Assembly (NCBI GenBank): GCA_033764955.1 | Contig: JANRIL010000015.1 | Coordinates: forward strand, 1 to 64,000 | Direction: 5' to 3' | Length of the DNA: 64,000 bases | DNA from: Cyanobacteriota bacterium | GTDB taxonomy: Bacteria > Cyanobacteriota > Cyanobacteriia > Thermostichales > Thermostichaceae | In this document: one piece after another, positions 18,669-27,886 of the stretch | Position numbering within the stretch: position 1 is the first letter of the stretch | How the letters are laid out: each line of letters starts with the position of its first letter | Notes under the pieces: generated by a model | The model's database searches: none | What the model was told of the DNA's origin: nothing | What the model saw: only the letters and a program-made list of their open reading frames with translations | Translations under genes and position numbers: made by a program

Positions 18669-19004
18669 ATGACGGATGAAGAGCTAAACCAATGCTTTGC
18701 CCAGATCGCGGATGCTATTGATCCCTTGGCGGAAGTCAGTACAACAGGTATGCAGCGATTGGAGGAGGGGCAAGCCCAAAGAACTCGCCAATTGGAAGTT
18801 GCCCATCTGAGAGCGATGGAAGAGATCGGGCTGACGGCTTCTATCCTTCGCCAATCGATTGAACGAGACAATCAGTATCGTGCTGCTCAGGCTCAAACCC
18901 AAGCCGCTAGCAACGACCGGATGGATCGGTTTGAAGAGGGGTTGGATCGGTTAGAGATGCTGATTGAGAACAGGCTGTGGGAGCGAAGGGATCCTCCATC
19001 ATGA
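18669..19004 (+). CDS. Hypothetical coiled-coil protein inside the ABC operon
   Basis: 111-aa helical/charged ORF; its stop overlaps the ATPase start (ATGA). Confidence 0.65.
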   Translation: MTDEELNQCFAQIADAIDPLAEVSTTGMQRLEEGQAQRTRQLEVAHLRAMEEIGLTASILRQSIERDNQYRAAQAQTQAASNDRMDRFEEGLDRLEMLIENRLWERRDPPS

Positions 19005-20092
19005 GTGATCGGGATAACGGGATCCCCGCCATTGAACTGCACACCGTTAGCCATTACTTCGGTTCCGTCAAGGCTCTCGATCAAGTGAGCCTACGGGTGG
19101 AGGGGGGAGAGTTTTTCACCCTATTGGGACCATCGGGATCCGGTAAAACCACCTGTTTGCGTCTGATTGCCGGATTTGAGCGGCTGACCACGGGTTCCAT
19201 CAAACTGTATGGTCAGGAGGTCTCGGCGCTTCCCCCCTACGCACGGGATGTCAACACCGTTTTTCAAGACTACGCCCTGTTTCCCCACATGACTGTGGCG
19301 GAGAATGTTGGCTATGGCTTGATGATTAAAGGGATCCCTCAGGTAGAGCGTAGGGCGAGAGTGCAGCTCATGTTGGAGTTGATCCAGTTGCCGGATTTGG
19401 GGGAGCGCCGACCGGCTCAGCTATCCGGCGGACAACGGCAACGGGTGGCTTTGGCACGGGCGTTGATCAACCAACCACGGGTTTTGTTGCTGGACGAACC
19501 CTTGGCTGCCCTCGATTTGAAACTACGCCAACAAATGCAGTCTGAACTGAAAAGCTTGCAACAAAAGTTGGGCATCACCTTCATTTTTGTTACCCACGAC
19601 CAAGAAGAAGCCCTGACCATGAGTGACCGCATCGCTGTTTTTGAGGGGGGCAAAATCGCTCAAGTGGGATCCCCCAGTCAGATCTACGACCATCCCGCCA
19701 CCTTATTTGTGGCAAACTTTATCGGCGTCACCAACCACATCGCGGGATCCCTGGCTCAACAGTTGACCGGATCCCCTCAACCGTTTTGTCTGCGTCCCGA
19801 AAAAATTCGACTGGCTATCGAGGAACCGTCCATACCTGACGGGTGGTGTCATCGCTGCGGCATCCTTGTGGACATAGTTTACTTGGGGGTCTATACCCGC
19901 TATCAAGTGCTGGTGGATGAACAGACCGCTTGGCAGGTGGTGCAACAAAATAGCGAAGGGATCCCCCACCCACCCCTGCAACGGGGGCAAACCGTCCATC
20001 TTCTCTGGTCAAGCCAGCATCATCACTATCTGCCAGATGTTGGGGATCCCTGGATAGAGCCTCCCATCAAGGATCCTGAGTCAATCCCATGA
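19001..20092 (+). CDS. PotA/YdcT-like ABC ATPase
   Basis: [34 protein letters not shown]-like tail. Confidence 0.92.
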   Translation: MSDRDNGIPAIELHTVSHYFGSVKALDQVSLRVEGGEFFTLLGPSGSGKTTCLRLIAGFERLTTGSIKLYGQEVSALPPYARDVNTVFQDYALFPHMTVAENVGYGLMIKGIPQVERRARVQLMLELIQLPDLGERRPAQLSGGQRQRVALARALINQPRVLLLDEPLAALDLKLRQQMQSELKSLQQKLGITFIFVTHDQEEALTMSDRIAVFEGGKIAQVGSPSQIYDHPATLFVANFIGVTNHIAGSLAQQLTGSPQPFCLRPEKIRLAIEEPSIPDGWCHRCGILVDIVYLGVYTRYQVLVDEQTAWQVVQQNSEGIPHPPLQRGQTVHLLWSSQHHHYLPDVGDPWIEPPIKDPESIP

Positions 20093-20994
20093 ACGCCCTC
20101 GCCACTTTTTTTTATCAACGGCAGAGGCTCGGCTTGGCACTCCTGCTGGCTTTACCCCTGGCTTGGTTGGTGGGGTTTTATCTGCTCCCCCTGCTGGCGC
20201 TTCTCTTGCAAAGCTTCTTTCAGTTGGATCCCTTTACGGGGTTGGTGGTCAGACAGTTCACTTGGGCTACCTATCGCCAACTGTTCATCCCCGCCCATCT
20301 GGATATTCTGGGGCGCACCCTGATCATGGCAGGTTTGGTCACCCTGGCCTGCGGGGGGTTGGCATTTCCCATCGCCTACACCATGACCCACTATGCCTCC
20401 CCTCGCCTCAAAGGGATCCTCTACGTGATGGTGCTGTTGCCCCTCTGGTCTAATTACTTGATTCGGGTTTATGCCTGGAAGTTGATTTTGGCGAAAGAGG
20501 GGATCCTCACCTGGCTGATCCAACAGATTCATCTGGAAGCGCTCCTGCAAGCCCTACTCCATCTGCCTGGGATCGGCGGCCCTTCTCTGGCGGTGTCCTG
20601 GTTGGGAATTTTTGTCGTGTTTATCTATGTCTGGTTGCCCTACATGATCCTGCCCATTCAAGCCGCTCTAGAACGGATCCCCGTCTCACTGATCGAGGCC
20701 GCCGCTGATTTGGGATCCCCTCCCCAGCAAACCTTTTGGCGTGTGATCTGGCCGCTGGCGCTGCCGGGAGTTGTCGCCGGATCGGTCTTCACTTTTTCCC
20801 TGACCCTAGGGGATTTTGTTGTTCCCTACACCCTAGGCAATTCCAGCTACTTCATTGGGCAGGCGGTGCTTTCCTTTCAAGGCACCTCTGGCAATATTCC
20901 TCTAGCCGCCGCTTTTACGGTGGTGCCGATGGTCATCATGATCCTCTATCTATGGGCGGCCAAAAAGCTGGGAGCATTTGACCCCATTGACTGA
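20089..20994 (+). CDS. PotB/YdcU-like ABC permease
   Basis: [26 protein letters not shown]. Confidence 0.92.
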   Translation: MNALATFFYQRQRLGLALLLALPLAWLVGFYLLPLLALLLQSFFQLDPFTGLVVRQFTWATYRQLFIPAHLDILGRTLIMAGLVTLACGGLAFPIAYTMTHYASPRLKGILYVMVLLPLWSNYLIRVYAWKLILAKEGILTWLIQQIHLEALLQALLHLPGIGGPSLAVSWLGIFVVFIYVWLPYMILPIQAALERIPVSLIEAAADLGSPPQQTFWRVIWPLALPGVVAGSVFTFSLTLGDFVVPYTLGNSSYFIGQAVLSFQGTSGNIPLAAAFTVVPMVIMILYLWAAKKLGAFDPID

Positions 20995-21307
20995 AAGAGA
21001 CTCAATATGGGTGGCTGGCTTGTCTTCTTCCTCAAAGTCATTGCCATTCACAGCCTCTTTGGCTAGGCTCTAAAACCTGGCGAAAGATCTCAGCCAATAC
21101 TTAGCCTGGGATCCCTTTTGGAGAAGGATCTTTCTATTTAGTCACCAAGAAATCTCTCGCCAACGGAAATAATTTTCATAATCCAACCATCACCTATACA
21201 TAACCCGCCTCTTAGATTCTTTTTCCTTAAGATAACGGTCTTCACAAAGATTTTGTAGAGGTTTGAGTCCCTTCAGACAACCAATTTCTTTCATTCAATA
21301 ACGCTAT

Positions 21308-21337
21308 TTTAATATCATCATAAATTCTTCTTAACCA
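21308..21337 (+). promoter_or_regulatory. Candidate SphR Pho box upstream of pstS
   Basis: TTTAATAT/CATAAATT/CTTAACCA at 11-bp period, resembling cyanobacterial PyTTAAPyPy(T/A) repeats. Confidence 0.5.
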
Positions 21338-21454
21338 ACAAAACCCACATCCCCCGGTAATCTTTTTGAGGAACCTTGTGTAACTTGATATCGTCTGGGC
21401 GGTAGTTACGTCTGTCACGGACAAGCACAACCTAGAAAATTAGGAGTAAAGTTC

Positions 21455-22435
21455 ATGAAAACAATGCGTGGTTTGACCACCGTTGCAGCTCTTTTAGCTG
21501 CTACCCTCACCCTCAGCAACAAAGATGCTTTCGCCCAAAACACCCAGGTAATCGTAGATGGCTCCAGCACCGTTGCCCCTATTTCGATTGCCGTAGCAGA
21601 AGCCTTCCAAGCCCAGAATGCGGGCACTCAAGTGGCTGTGGCCACCAGCGGAACTGGCGGTGGCTTTAAGAAATTCTGCGCCGGAGAAACCGATATTTCT
21701 AATGCCTCTCGTCCCATCAAACAAAGTGAAATCGAGGCTTGCGAAGCCAATGGCATCAACTTTGTAGAACTCCCCGTGGCCTTTGATGGTCTGGCCGTGG
21801 TCACCAGCAAGCAAAATGACTGGGCTGAGTGCCTGACCGTCGAAGAACTCAACACCATGTGGAATGCCGAATCAGAAGGAACTGTTACCGCTTGGAATCA
21901 AGTGCGCTCTGACTTCCCCTCCGAACAGTTGACCCTGTTTGGCCCTGGCACGGACTCCGGCACCTTTGACTATTTTGTGGAAGCGGTCTTGGGTGAAGAT
22001 GACATCCGCGCCGACTTCACCCCCAGCGAAGATGACAACGTGATCGTGACCGGAGTTTCCGGCGGTAAGGGCGCTCTTGGCTACTTTGGTTTGGCCTATT
22101 ACGAAGAGAATGCCGACAAGTTGAATGTGGTTGCCATTGACGGCGGCGCTGGCTGCGTTTCTCCCACAGCAGAAACTGTGCAGGATGGCACTTATGCTCC
22201 CCTCTCTCGGCCTATTTTTATCTACGTCAAAGCGACTTCCTTGGCCAAGCCTGCGGTAAAAGCCTACGTGGATTTCTATTTGCAAGATCAGGGCAAAGCT
22301 GCTGCTCAAGTGGGTTACATTTCCTTGCCCCCGGCTATTTATGAGACGGCTGCCAAAAAAGTGGCGGCAGTCGAAGTCGGCAGCATCTTCAAAGATCTCA
22401 AACCTGGCACCCCCATTACCGAAGCCTTCAAATAA
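21455..22435 (+). CDS. pstS: Phosphate ABC transporter substrate-binding protein
   Basis: [35 protein letters not shown]. Confidence 0.95.
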   Translation: MKTMRGLTTVAALLAATLTLSNKDAFAQNTQVIVDGSSTVAPISIAVAEAFQAQNAGTQVAVATSGTGGGFKKFCAGETDISNASRPIKQSEIEACEANGINFVELPVAFDGLAVVTSKQNDWAECLTVEELNTMWNAESEGTVTAWNQVRSDFPSEQLTLFGPGTDSGTFDYFVEAVLGEDDIRADFTPSEDDNVIVTGVSGGKGALGYFGLAYYEENADKLNVVAIDGGAGCVSPTAETVQDGTYAPLSRPIFIYVKATSLAKPAVKAYVDFYLQDQGKAAAQVGYISLPPAIYETAAKKVAAVEVGSIFKDLKPGTPITEAFK

Positions 22436-22711
22436 AACCTCGGCTGTCCTGATCAGTCGCTGGCGGCTGTGATGGTTTAATCTCTCAACTGTTCGGATCC
22501 CTATCTCATCTCGTGACGAGAATCTCCATGATTTGCTGTTTCCTTTTTGGAAAATCTGGAACATCCTCCAAGCACGGTTGAGGTGGCAGGTCTGAACAGT
22601 TTTTTTGGCGAATCTTTAGACTGTTTGATATGGTTTGGGTGATCGGGTGACTATCTCCTGGCCTTTTCCTTCTACACTGGCTCCATCAAAGCTCATTGGC
22701 GGACAACACTT

Positions 22712-23932
22712 ATGCACCAACTCCTCACACGGGAAACCGTCGCCCAAGCTCTAGAAGGGGATCCCAAGCGCCGACAAAAAGAGGCGATCATTGCCACCAT
22801 CATGCTGGTTTGTGCTGGCTTTTGTATTTTGGTAACCGTGGGCATTGTGATTGTCTTGCTGGAAACCGGCTTAGATTTCTTTACCCACGAGTTTTTTCAA
22901 GATGCCTCCCTGCTAGAGCGTGCCCTGCGGCAAACGCTTTCTGCCCAAGAACTCTCCAGTGTTGATTTGAGCGCCCTGATCAGCTCCTCGGTGCGGGTAG
23001 AAAATGCCACCGGAGAGATTGTTGTCAATTTTGAGCGGGCTACCAAAGATCTGCCAGGAGTGGATCCCGCCCAATTACAGGCCGCCTACGAGCAACTGCA
23101 ACAGTCCACGCCAGGATTGGTCAAGTTCTGGAACACCTTCTTCGATGCCCTGACCCGCTTCTTCCTCGATAATCGCTGGACTCCTTTGTTTGGTAGCAAG
23201 CGGTTTGGCATCTGGCCTCTGATCAACGGCACATTGATGGTGGCGACGGTAGCTATGATCTTGGCTGTTCCTCTCGGTTTGCTCACCGCTATTTATCTGG
23301 GCATGTATGCCAGCAAATCGGTTTCAGGACTACTGCGCCCGGTGGTGGAGATTTTGGCCGGGATCCCGACGGTGGTTTATGGCTACTTTGCTCTGCTCTA
23401 CATCACCCCGATCATCCAACGATTGAATCCAGATGCGCCGATTTTCAACGTGTTAAGTGCAGGCATCATGATGGGGATCATGATCATTCCCACAGTCAGT
23501 TCGATTAGTTTGGATGCTATCAAGGCGGTGCCACGTGCTCTACAGGATGGTGCTTATGCGCTGGGGGCGACCAAGATGGAAGTGGTGCTGAAGGTGGTGT
23601 TTCCCGCCGCCATTTCTGGCATCTTAGCCTCGATTATCTTGGGCGTTTCCCGTGCGGTCGGAGAAACCATGATCGTGACCATCGCCGCCGGACAACAGCC
23701 TGTTTCCTATGGACAAACTTTTGGCTCGGCTCTAGCCGCTATTTTTAACCCGGTTCAGTCGATGGCAACCATGACCGCCTTTATTGCTCAGGTGGCGTTG
23801 GGAGATGCGCCGGCGGGCAGCATTCAATATGTCACCCTCTATGTGGTGGGTTTGACCCTATTTATGATGACTTTGTTGATGAACCTGCTTAGTCAATATG
23901 TCTCCAAGCGGTTCCGCGAGGTCTACGAATAA
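22712..23932 (+). CDS. pstC: Phosphate ABC permease PstC
   Basis: FGIWPLI.GT, EILAGIPTVVYG, RAVGETM. Confidence 0.93.
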   Translation: MHQLLTRETVAQALEGDPKRRQKEAIIATIMLVCAGFCILVTVGIVIVLLETGLDFFTHEFFQDASLLERALRQTLSAQELSSVDLSALISSSVRVENATGEIVVNFERATKDLPGVDPAQLQAAYEQLQQSTPGLVKFWNTFFDALTRFFLDNRWTPLFGSKRFGIWPLINGTLMVATVAMILAVPLGLLTAIYLGMYASKSVSGLLRPVVEILAGIPTVVYGYFALLYITPIIQRLNPDAPIFNVLSAGIMMGIMIIPTVSSISLDAIKAVPRALQDGAYALGATKMEVVLKVVFPAAISGILASIILGVSRAVGETMIVTIAAGQQPVSYGQTFGSALAAIFNPVQSMATMTAFIAQVALGDAPAGSIQYVTLYVVGLTLFMMTLLMNLLSQYVSKRFREVYE

Positions 23933-24010
23933 TCGACTTCCGTTAAGCCTCTGCCGCTTTTTGAGGATGACTCAAGCCCACCTTTTGCTCCGCTACTATA
24001 GGTAACCGTT

Positions 24011-24901
24011 ATGACCACCATCAACTTTTCCCAGTCCGCAGATAGTCGCTTTGTTCCCAAACTCCAGCAGCGCAACCAAAACGCCAAGATTTTTGAGTAT
24101 GTCTGTCTAGTAGGAACTCTGGTTGGCTTGGTGGTTCTCACCCTTTTAATGCTGCGAACCTTTGCCGATGGCATTCCCCGCCTCGATTGGAATGCGATTC
24201 GCAACTATCCCTCCCAAACCAACCCGCAAGATGCTGGATTTCGGGCTTCCTTGTTAGGGAGTTTGTGGGTGTTGGTCTTGACGGTAGGGTTTGCGCTACC
24301 AATTGGGGTGGGGGCGGCGGTTTATCTGGAAGAATATGCCCCCAAAAATCGCTTTACAGAACTGCTGGAACTCAACATCAGCAACCTAGCGGGGGTACCT
24401 TCCGTTTTGTATGGTCTCTTGGGATTGGCTCTATTTGTCCGCTTGATGCGAATTGGTCCAGTGGTCTTGGCGGGTGCGTTGACGATGGGGTTGGTGATCC
24501 TACCGGTGATTATTGTGGCCTCACGGGAAGCCATTCGAGCGGTGCCGCTTTCGTTGCGACAGGCTTCCTATGGATTGGGGGGAACCAAATGGCAGACCAT
24601 CTCTAACCATGTCTTGCCCTATGCTGTTCCCGGTATCCTGACGGGCACGATCATCGCCATGTCACGGGCGGTGGGGGATGCAGCTCCCTTGTTGGTGGTG
24701 GGGGGCTTGGTGTTTGTCACCACGGATCCCAACCTGTTTGCTCGCTTTACGGTTTTACCTCTCCAAATTTACTTTTCGATTGCCCAACCACAGGCAGAAT
24801 TTAAGACCTTAGCGGCGGCAGGGATCATCATTCTATTGGTCGTCTTGTTGGCTCTCAATGCCCTGGCGATTTATATTCGCAACCGTTACGAAAGCCAATA
24901 A
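24011..24901 (+). CDS. pstA: Phosphate ABC permease PstA
   Basis: AAVYLEEYA, NLAGVPSVLYG, SRAVGDAAP. Confidence 0.93.
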   Translation: MTTINFSQSADSRFVPKLQQRNQNAKIFEYVCLVGTLVGLVVLTLLMLRTFADGIPRLDWNAIRNYPSQTNPQDAGFRASLLGSLWVLVLTVGFALPIGVGAAVYLEEYAPKNRFTELLELNISNLAGVPSVLYGLLGLALFVRLMRIGPVVLAGALTMGLVILPVIIVASREAIRAVPLSLRQASYGLGGTKWQTISNHVLPYAVPGILTGTIIAMSRAVGDAAPLLVVGGLVFVTTDPNLFARFTVLPLQIYFSIAQPQAEFKTLAAAGIIILLVVLLALNALAIYIRNRYESQ

Positions 24902-24955
24902 CTCCCTTGTTTTGGCTCTCTTGATTTCTGATTTGATTGTTTCTCGGAGTGTTTC

Positions 24956-25768
24956 ATGCGTTCTGTGCCTGCTCCCTCTGAATCAGCGAAAACAGCGACG
25001 GTTCTCGCTACGGAAAATGCGGACATATACTATGGCAATTACCATGCGGTGCGAGGGGTTTCCTTGCAGATCCCTAGCCAACGGGTGACGGCTTTTATCG
25101 GCCCTTCCGGTTGTGGAAAAAGCACCCTACTACGCTGTTTTAACCGGATGAATGATCTGGTGTTAGGGGCACGGGTGAAGGGTAACGTTCTCTATCACGA
25201 CAAGAATCTCTACGATGATGATGTAGATCCGGTGGAGGTGCGGCGGCGGATTGGCATTGTTTTTCAGAAGCCCAACCCTTTTCCCAAATCCATTTACGAG
25301 AACATTGCTTATGGTCCTCGCCTCAGCAAATATCAGGGGGACATGTCGGAGTTAGTCGAGCAGGTGCTGCGGCAGGCAGCGATCTGGGATGAGGTCAAAG
25401 ATAAGCTTCAGCAAAGCGGGCAATCCCTTTCGGGGGGACAGCAACAACGGCTTTGCATTGCTCGCACCTTGGCGGTGCAACCGGAGGTAATTTTGATGGA
25501 TGAGCCGTGTTCGGCTTTAGACCCAATTTCGACCTTGCGAATCGAAGAATTGATTCAGTCCCTCAAGCAAACCTACACAATCGTCATTGTCACCCACAAC
25601 ATGCAGCAGGCGGCGCGGGTTTCGGATATGACGGCCTTCTTTAACGCACAGCTAGACGAAAAAGGGGTTCGTTACGGACGTTTGGTGGAGTTTGATCGCA
25701 CCGACAAAATCTTTAATCAACCCAGCCAACGGGAAACCGATGAGTACGTGAGCGGGCGATTTGGATAA
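24956..25768 (+). CDS. pstB: Phosphate ABC ATPase PstB
   Basis: [36 protein letters not shown]. Confidence 0.95.
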   Translation: MRSVPAPSESAKTATVLATENADIYYGNYHAVRGVSLQIPSQRVTAFIGPSGCGKSTLLRCFNRMNDLVLGARVKGNVLYHDKNLYDDDVDPVEVRRRIGIVFQKPNPFPKSIYENIAYGPRLSKYQGDMSELVEQVLRQAAIWDEVKDKLQQSGQSLSGGQQQRLCIARTLAVQPEVILMDEPCSALDPISTLRIEELIQSLKQTYTIVIVTHNMQQAARVSDMTAFFNAQLDEKGVRYGRLVEFDRTDKIFNQPSQRETDEYVSGRFG

Positions 25769-25810
25769 TAATGACAAATGACAGAAGAATCACTTCGTTC
25801 ACTCCGTCCC

Positions 25811-25838
25811 GGATCCCCAGAATGGGGATCCTTTTTTT
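25811..25838 (+). terminator. Intrinsic terminator after pstB
   Basis: GGATCCCC-AGAAT-GGGGATCC stem followed by T7. Confidence 0.7.
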
Positions 25839-26784
25839 ACCCCACCTGTTGGTGATCCAACTTCAGGAAAATGGTCTCTAGATCCTCTTGGGTGCGCTGA
25901 AAATGGCTAACAGGGATCCCGGCCATCACCAGAGCTTTTAAGAGTTCTGCACAGGCCAATTCATCCCCTGTAAAATCTACTTGGATTTGCCCCAAAGGGT
26001 TGATTTGCAACCCTTCCACCTGCGGATAGTTGAGCAGATAGGTGTGGAGAGTAGCGGGATCCCCTAGGCAAGAAATCAGCAGTTGTTGGCGAGCCAGCCG
26101 TTGATAGAGATCCCTGAGGCGGGTGCTTTCCACCAGGTGTCCTAGCTCCATGATGCCAACGGAAGTACAGAGTTCGGCCAAGTCGCTCAGAACATGGGAG
26201 GAAATCAGGATGGTCATACCTGCCGACTGGAGAACCTTAATAATCTGCCGAAACTGTTGGCGAGCAAGGGGATCCAAGCCGGAAACGGGTTCATCCAGCA
26301 ACAGAATAATCGGTTCATGGATCAGAGTACGGGCTAGTCCTAGCCGTTGCTTCATGCCACGGGAGAGGGTGTGGATGGGGGCTTGACGCTTGCTAGTCAG
26401 ATCGACGAGTTCGAGGATTTCCCATAGGCGTTGGCTACGACGGGGATCCGACAGGTCGTAGAGGCGGGCAAAATAATCCAAATAGTCCCAAACATGCAAA
26501 TCGTCATAAAGGGGAAAGTCATCGGGCAAGTAACCAATCCGCCGCTTCAGAAGAAAATTAGGCTGATCAAAACGCAGGGGGTCTCCATCAATGAGAATCT
26601 CCCCGATTGTCGGTTCTTCCACTCCTGCTAGGAGGCGAATCAATGTGGTTTTGCCTGCTCCGTTCGGACCGATCAAGCCATACACATCCCCAGCGGCAAT
26701 CTGCAAATCGACATCCCGCACCGCCAACTGCCGATCAAATTGTTTGGTCAGAGAGTGGGTGGCGATTGCCCATTGGTGAATCAT
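25837..26784 (-). CDS. ABC-2 type transporter ATP-binding protein
   Basis: GPNGAGKTT, LSRGMKQR, LLDEP, SSHVLSDL. Confidence 0.9.
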   Translation of the reverse strand: MIHQWAIATHSLTKQFDRQLAVRDVDLQIAAGDVYGLIGPNGAGKTTLIRLLAGVEEPTIGEILIDGDPLRFDQPNFLLKRRIGYLPDDFPLYDDLHVWDYLDYFARLYDLSDPRRSQRLWEILELVDLTSKRQAPIHTLSRGMKQRLGLARTLIHEPIILLLDEPVSGLDPLARQQFRQIIKVLQSAGMTILISSHVLSDLAELCTSVGIMELGHLVESTRLRDLYQRLARQQLLISCLGDPATLHTYLLNYPQVEGLQINPLGQIQVDFTGDELACAELLKALVMAGIPVSHFQRTQEDLETIFLKLDHQQVG

Positions 26785-27001
26785 AAGCAAGTTATCCAGT
26801 CTTAGAGTATTCCAACTTATGTCGGTGTAACGTCTGGCCTGGGTTTGCGTCAATGATTCAGGAACCACAGATCAGGAATTACAGATTCAGGATCACAAAT
26901 AGAGAAATGGGATCCGAGGCCAGCAGCTAGCCTAAGCCGAACTATTTAAGCTGAATTATAAGGATCCCTGGTTAGCTTGTTTAGCCCTCACCTGACTGAG
27001 T

Positions 27002-27348
27002 TTATGGAGCAGTTGTTGCTTGAGGCTCTCCAGACAAACAAATAATGTTGATCTGCGCTTCTACCAAGGCTTGACTGAGGCGAGCCCATTGCCCAGGACG
27101 ATTCAAAAGGGCTACCCCAATCACATCCGCTTCGCTAACATCAAACCCCTCTTTCTACAACAGCTTTTTACATGCCGCGGGATCACTGGTTACCCAGCGG
27201 ACGCCGGACTGCTCAATCGTGTCCAAAACCGACATCGCCACAATATCAATCTCCTAGGCGGCGATGGTTTAGCTGATGGGGGCTAACCGTCCGGGCTGAT
27301 TTTCTAAAGGCACACTTAACTAACTGGCGATAAATGCTGATAGTCCAT
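27002..27348 (-). pseudogene. Tandem-ACT domain protein pseudogene
   Basis: Minus frame reads *LSVPLENQPGRLAPIS*TIAA*EIDIVAMSVLDT..VRWVTSDP..KKLL*KEGF.VSEADVIGV.L.NRPG..ARLSQAL.EAQINI. Confidence 0.75.
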
Positions 27349-27411
27349 AGGGATTCTTGTCTCTCAGCCCTTTCCGATGTATTCTAAGGTCGCTCACCCA
27401 ACGGCACGGTT

Positions 27412-27798
27412 ATGGCTTTGGAATATCCCCCCCATCTGAAATACCTCGATTCCCACGAATACATCCGTGTTGTGGATGACATCGCCGTGATTGGGATTAC
27501 TGCCTATGCGGTGGAGCAGTTGGGTGACATCGTGTTTGTGGGCTTGCCGGAAGAAGGAACCAGCCTCCAGAAGGGGGATACCTTTGGTTCGGTGGAGTCA
27601 GTGAAGGCGGTCGAAGATCTTTATTCTCCTTTAACGGGGGAAGTGGTGGCGATCAATCAGGTGGTGGTCGATAATCCCGAAAGCATTGCCGATGATCCCT
27701 ACGGGGATGGCTGGCTCCTCAAGGTCAAAATCGATAACCCCGAAGATCTGGACGACTCGATGAGCGCCGACAGCTACGCCAGTATGGTGGAGGGATAG
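27412..27798 (+). CDS. gcvH: Glycine cleavage system H protein
   Basis: SHEY, LGDIVFV.LP, VESVKA, DPYG.GWL. Confidence 0.95.
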   Translation: MALEYPPHLKYLDSHEYIRVVDDIAVIGITAYAVEQLGDIVFVGLPEEGTSLQKGDTFGSVESVKAVEDLYSPLTGEVVAINQVVVDNPESIADDPYGDGWLLKVKIDNPEDLDDSMSADSYASMVEG

Positions 27799-27886
27799 GT
27801 TTTCCCACGCCGACCATTGTTTCCTCCCCAAGATTGGGTTATGGATATGGACTCATCGATATTTTGATTCATTGATATCTTATGGA

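Noticed and set aside
26858..26900. Imperfect short tandem repeat CAGGA..ACAGAT
   Set aside because: Three degenerate units with no spacers; low complexity
27020..27286. 88-aa + strand ORF or glycine riboswitch upstream of gcvH
   Set aside because: It is the antisense shadow of the ACT pseudogene; no riboswitch consensus seen
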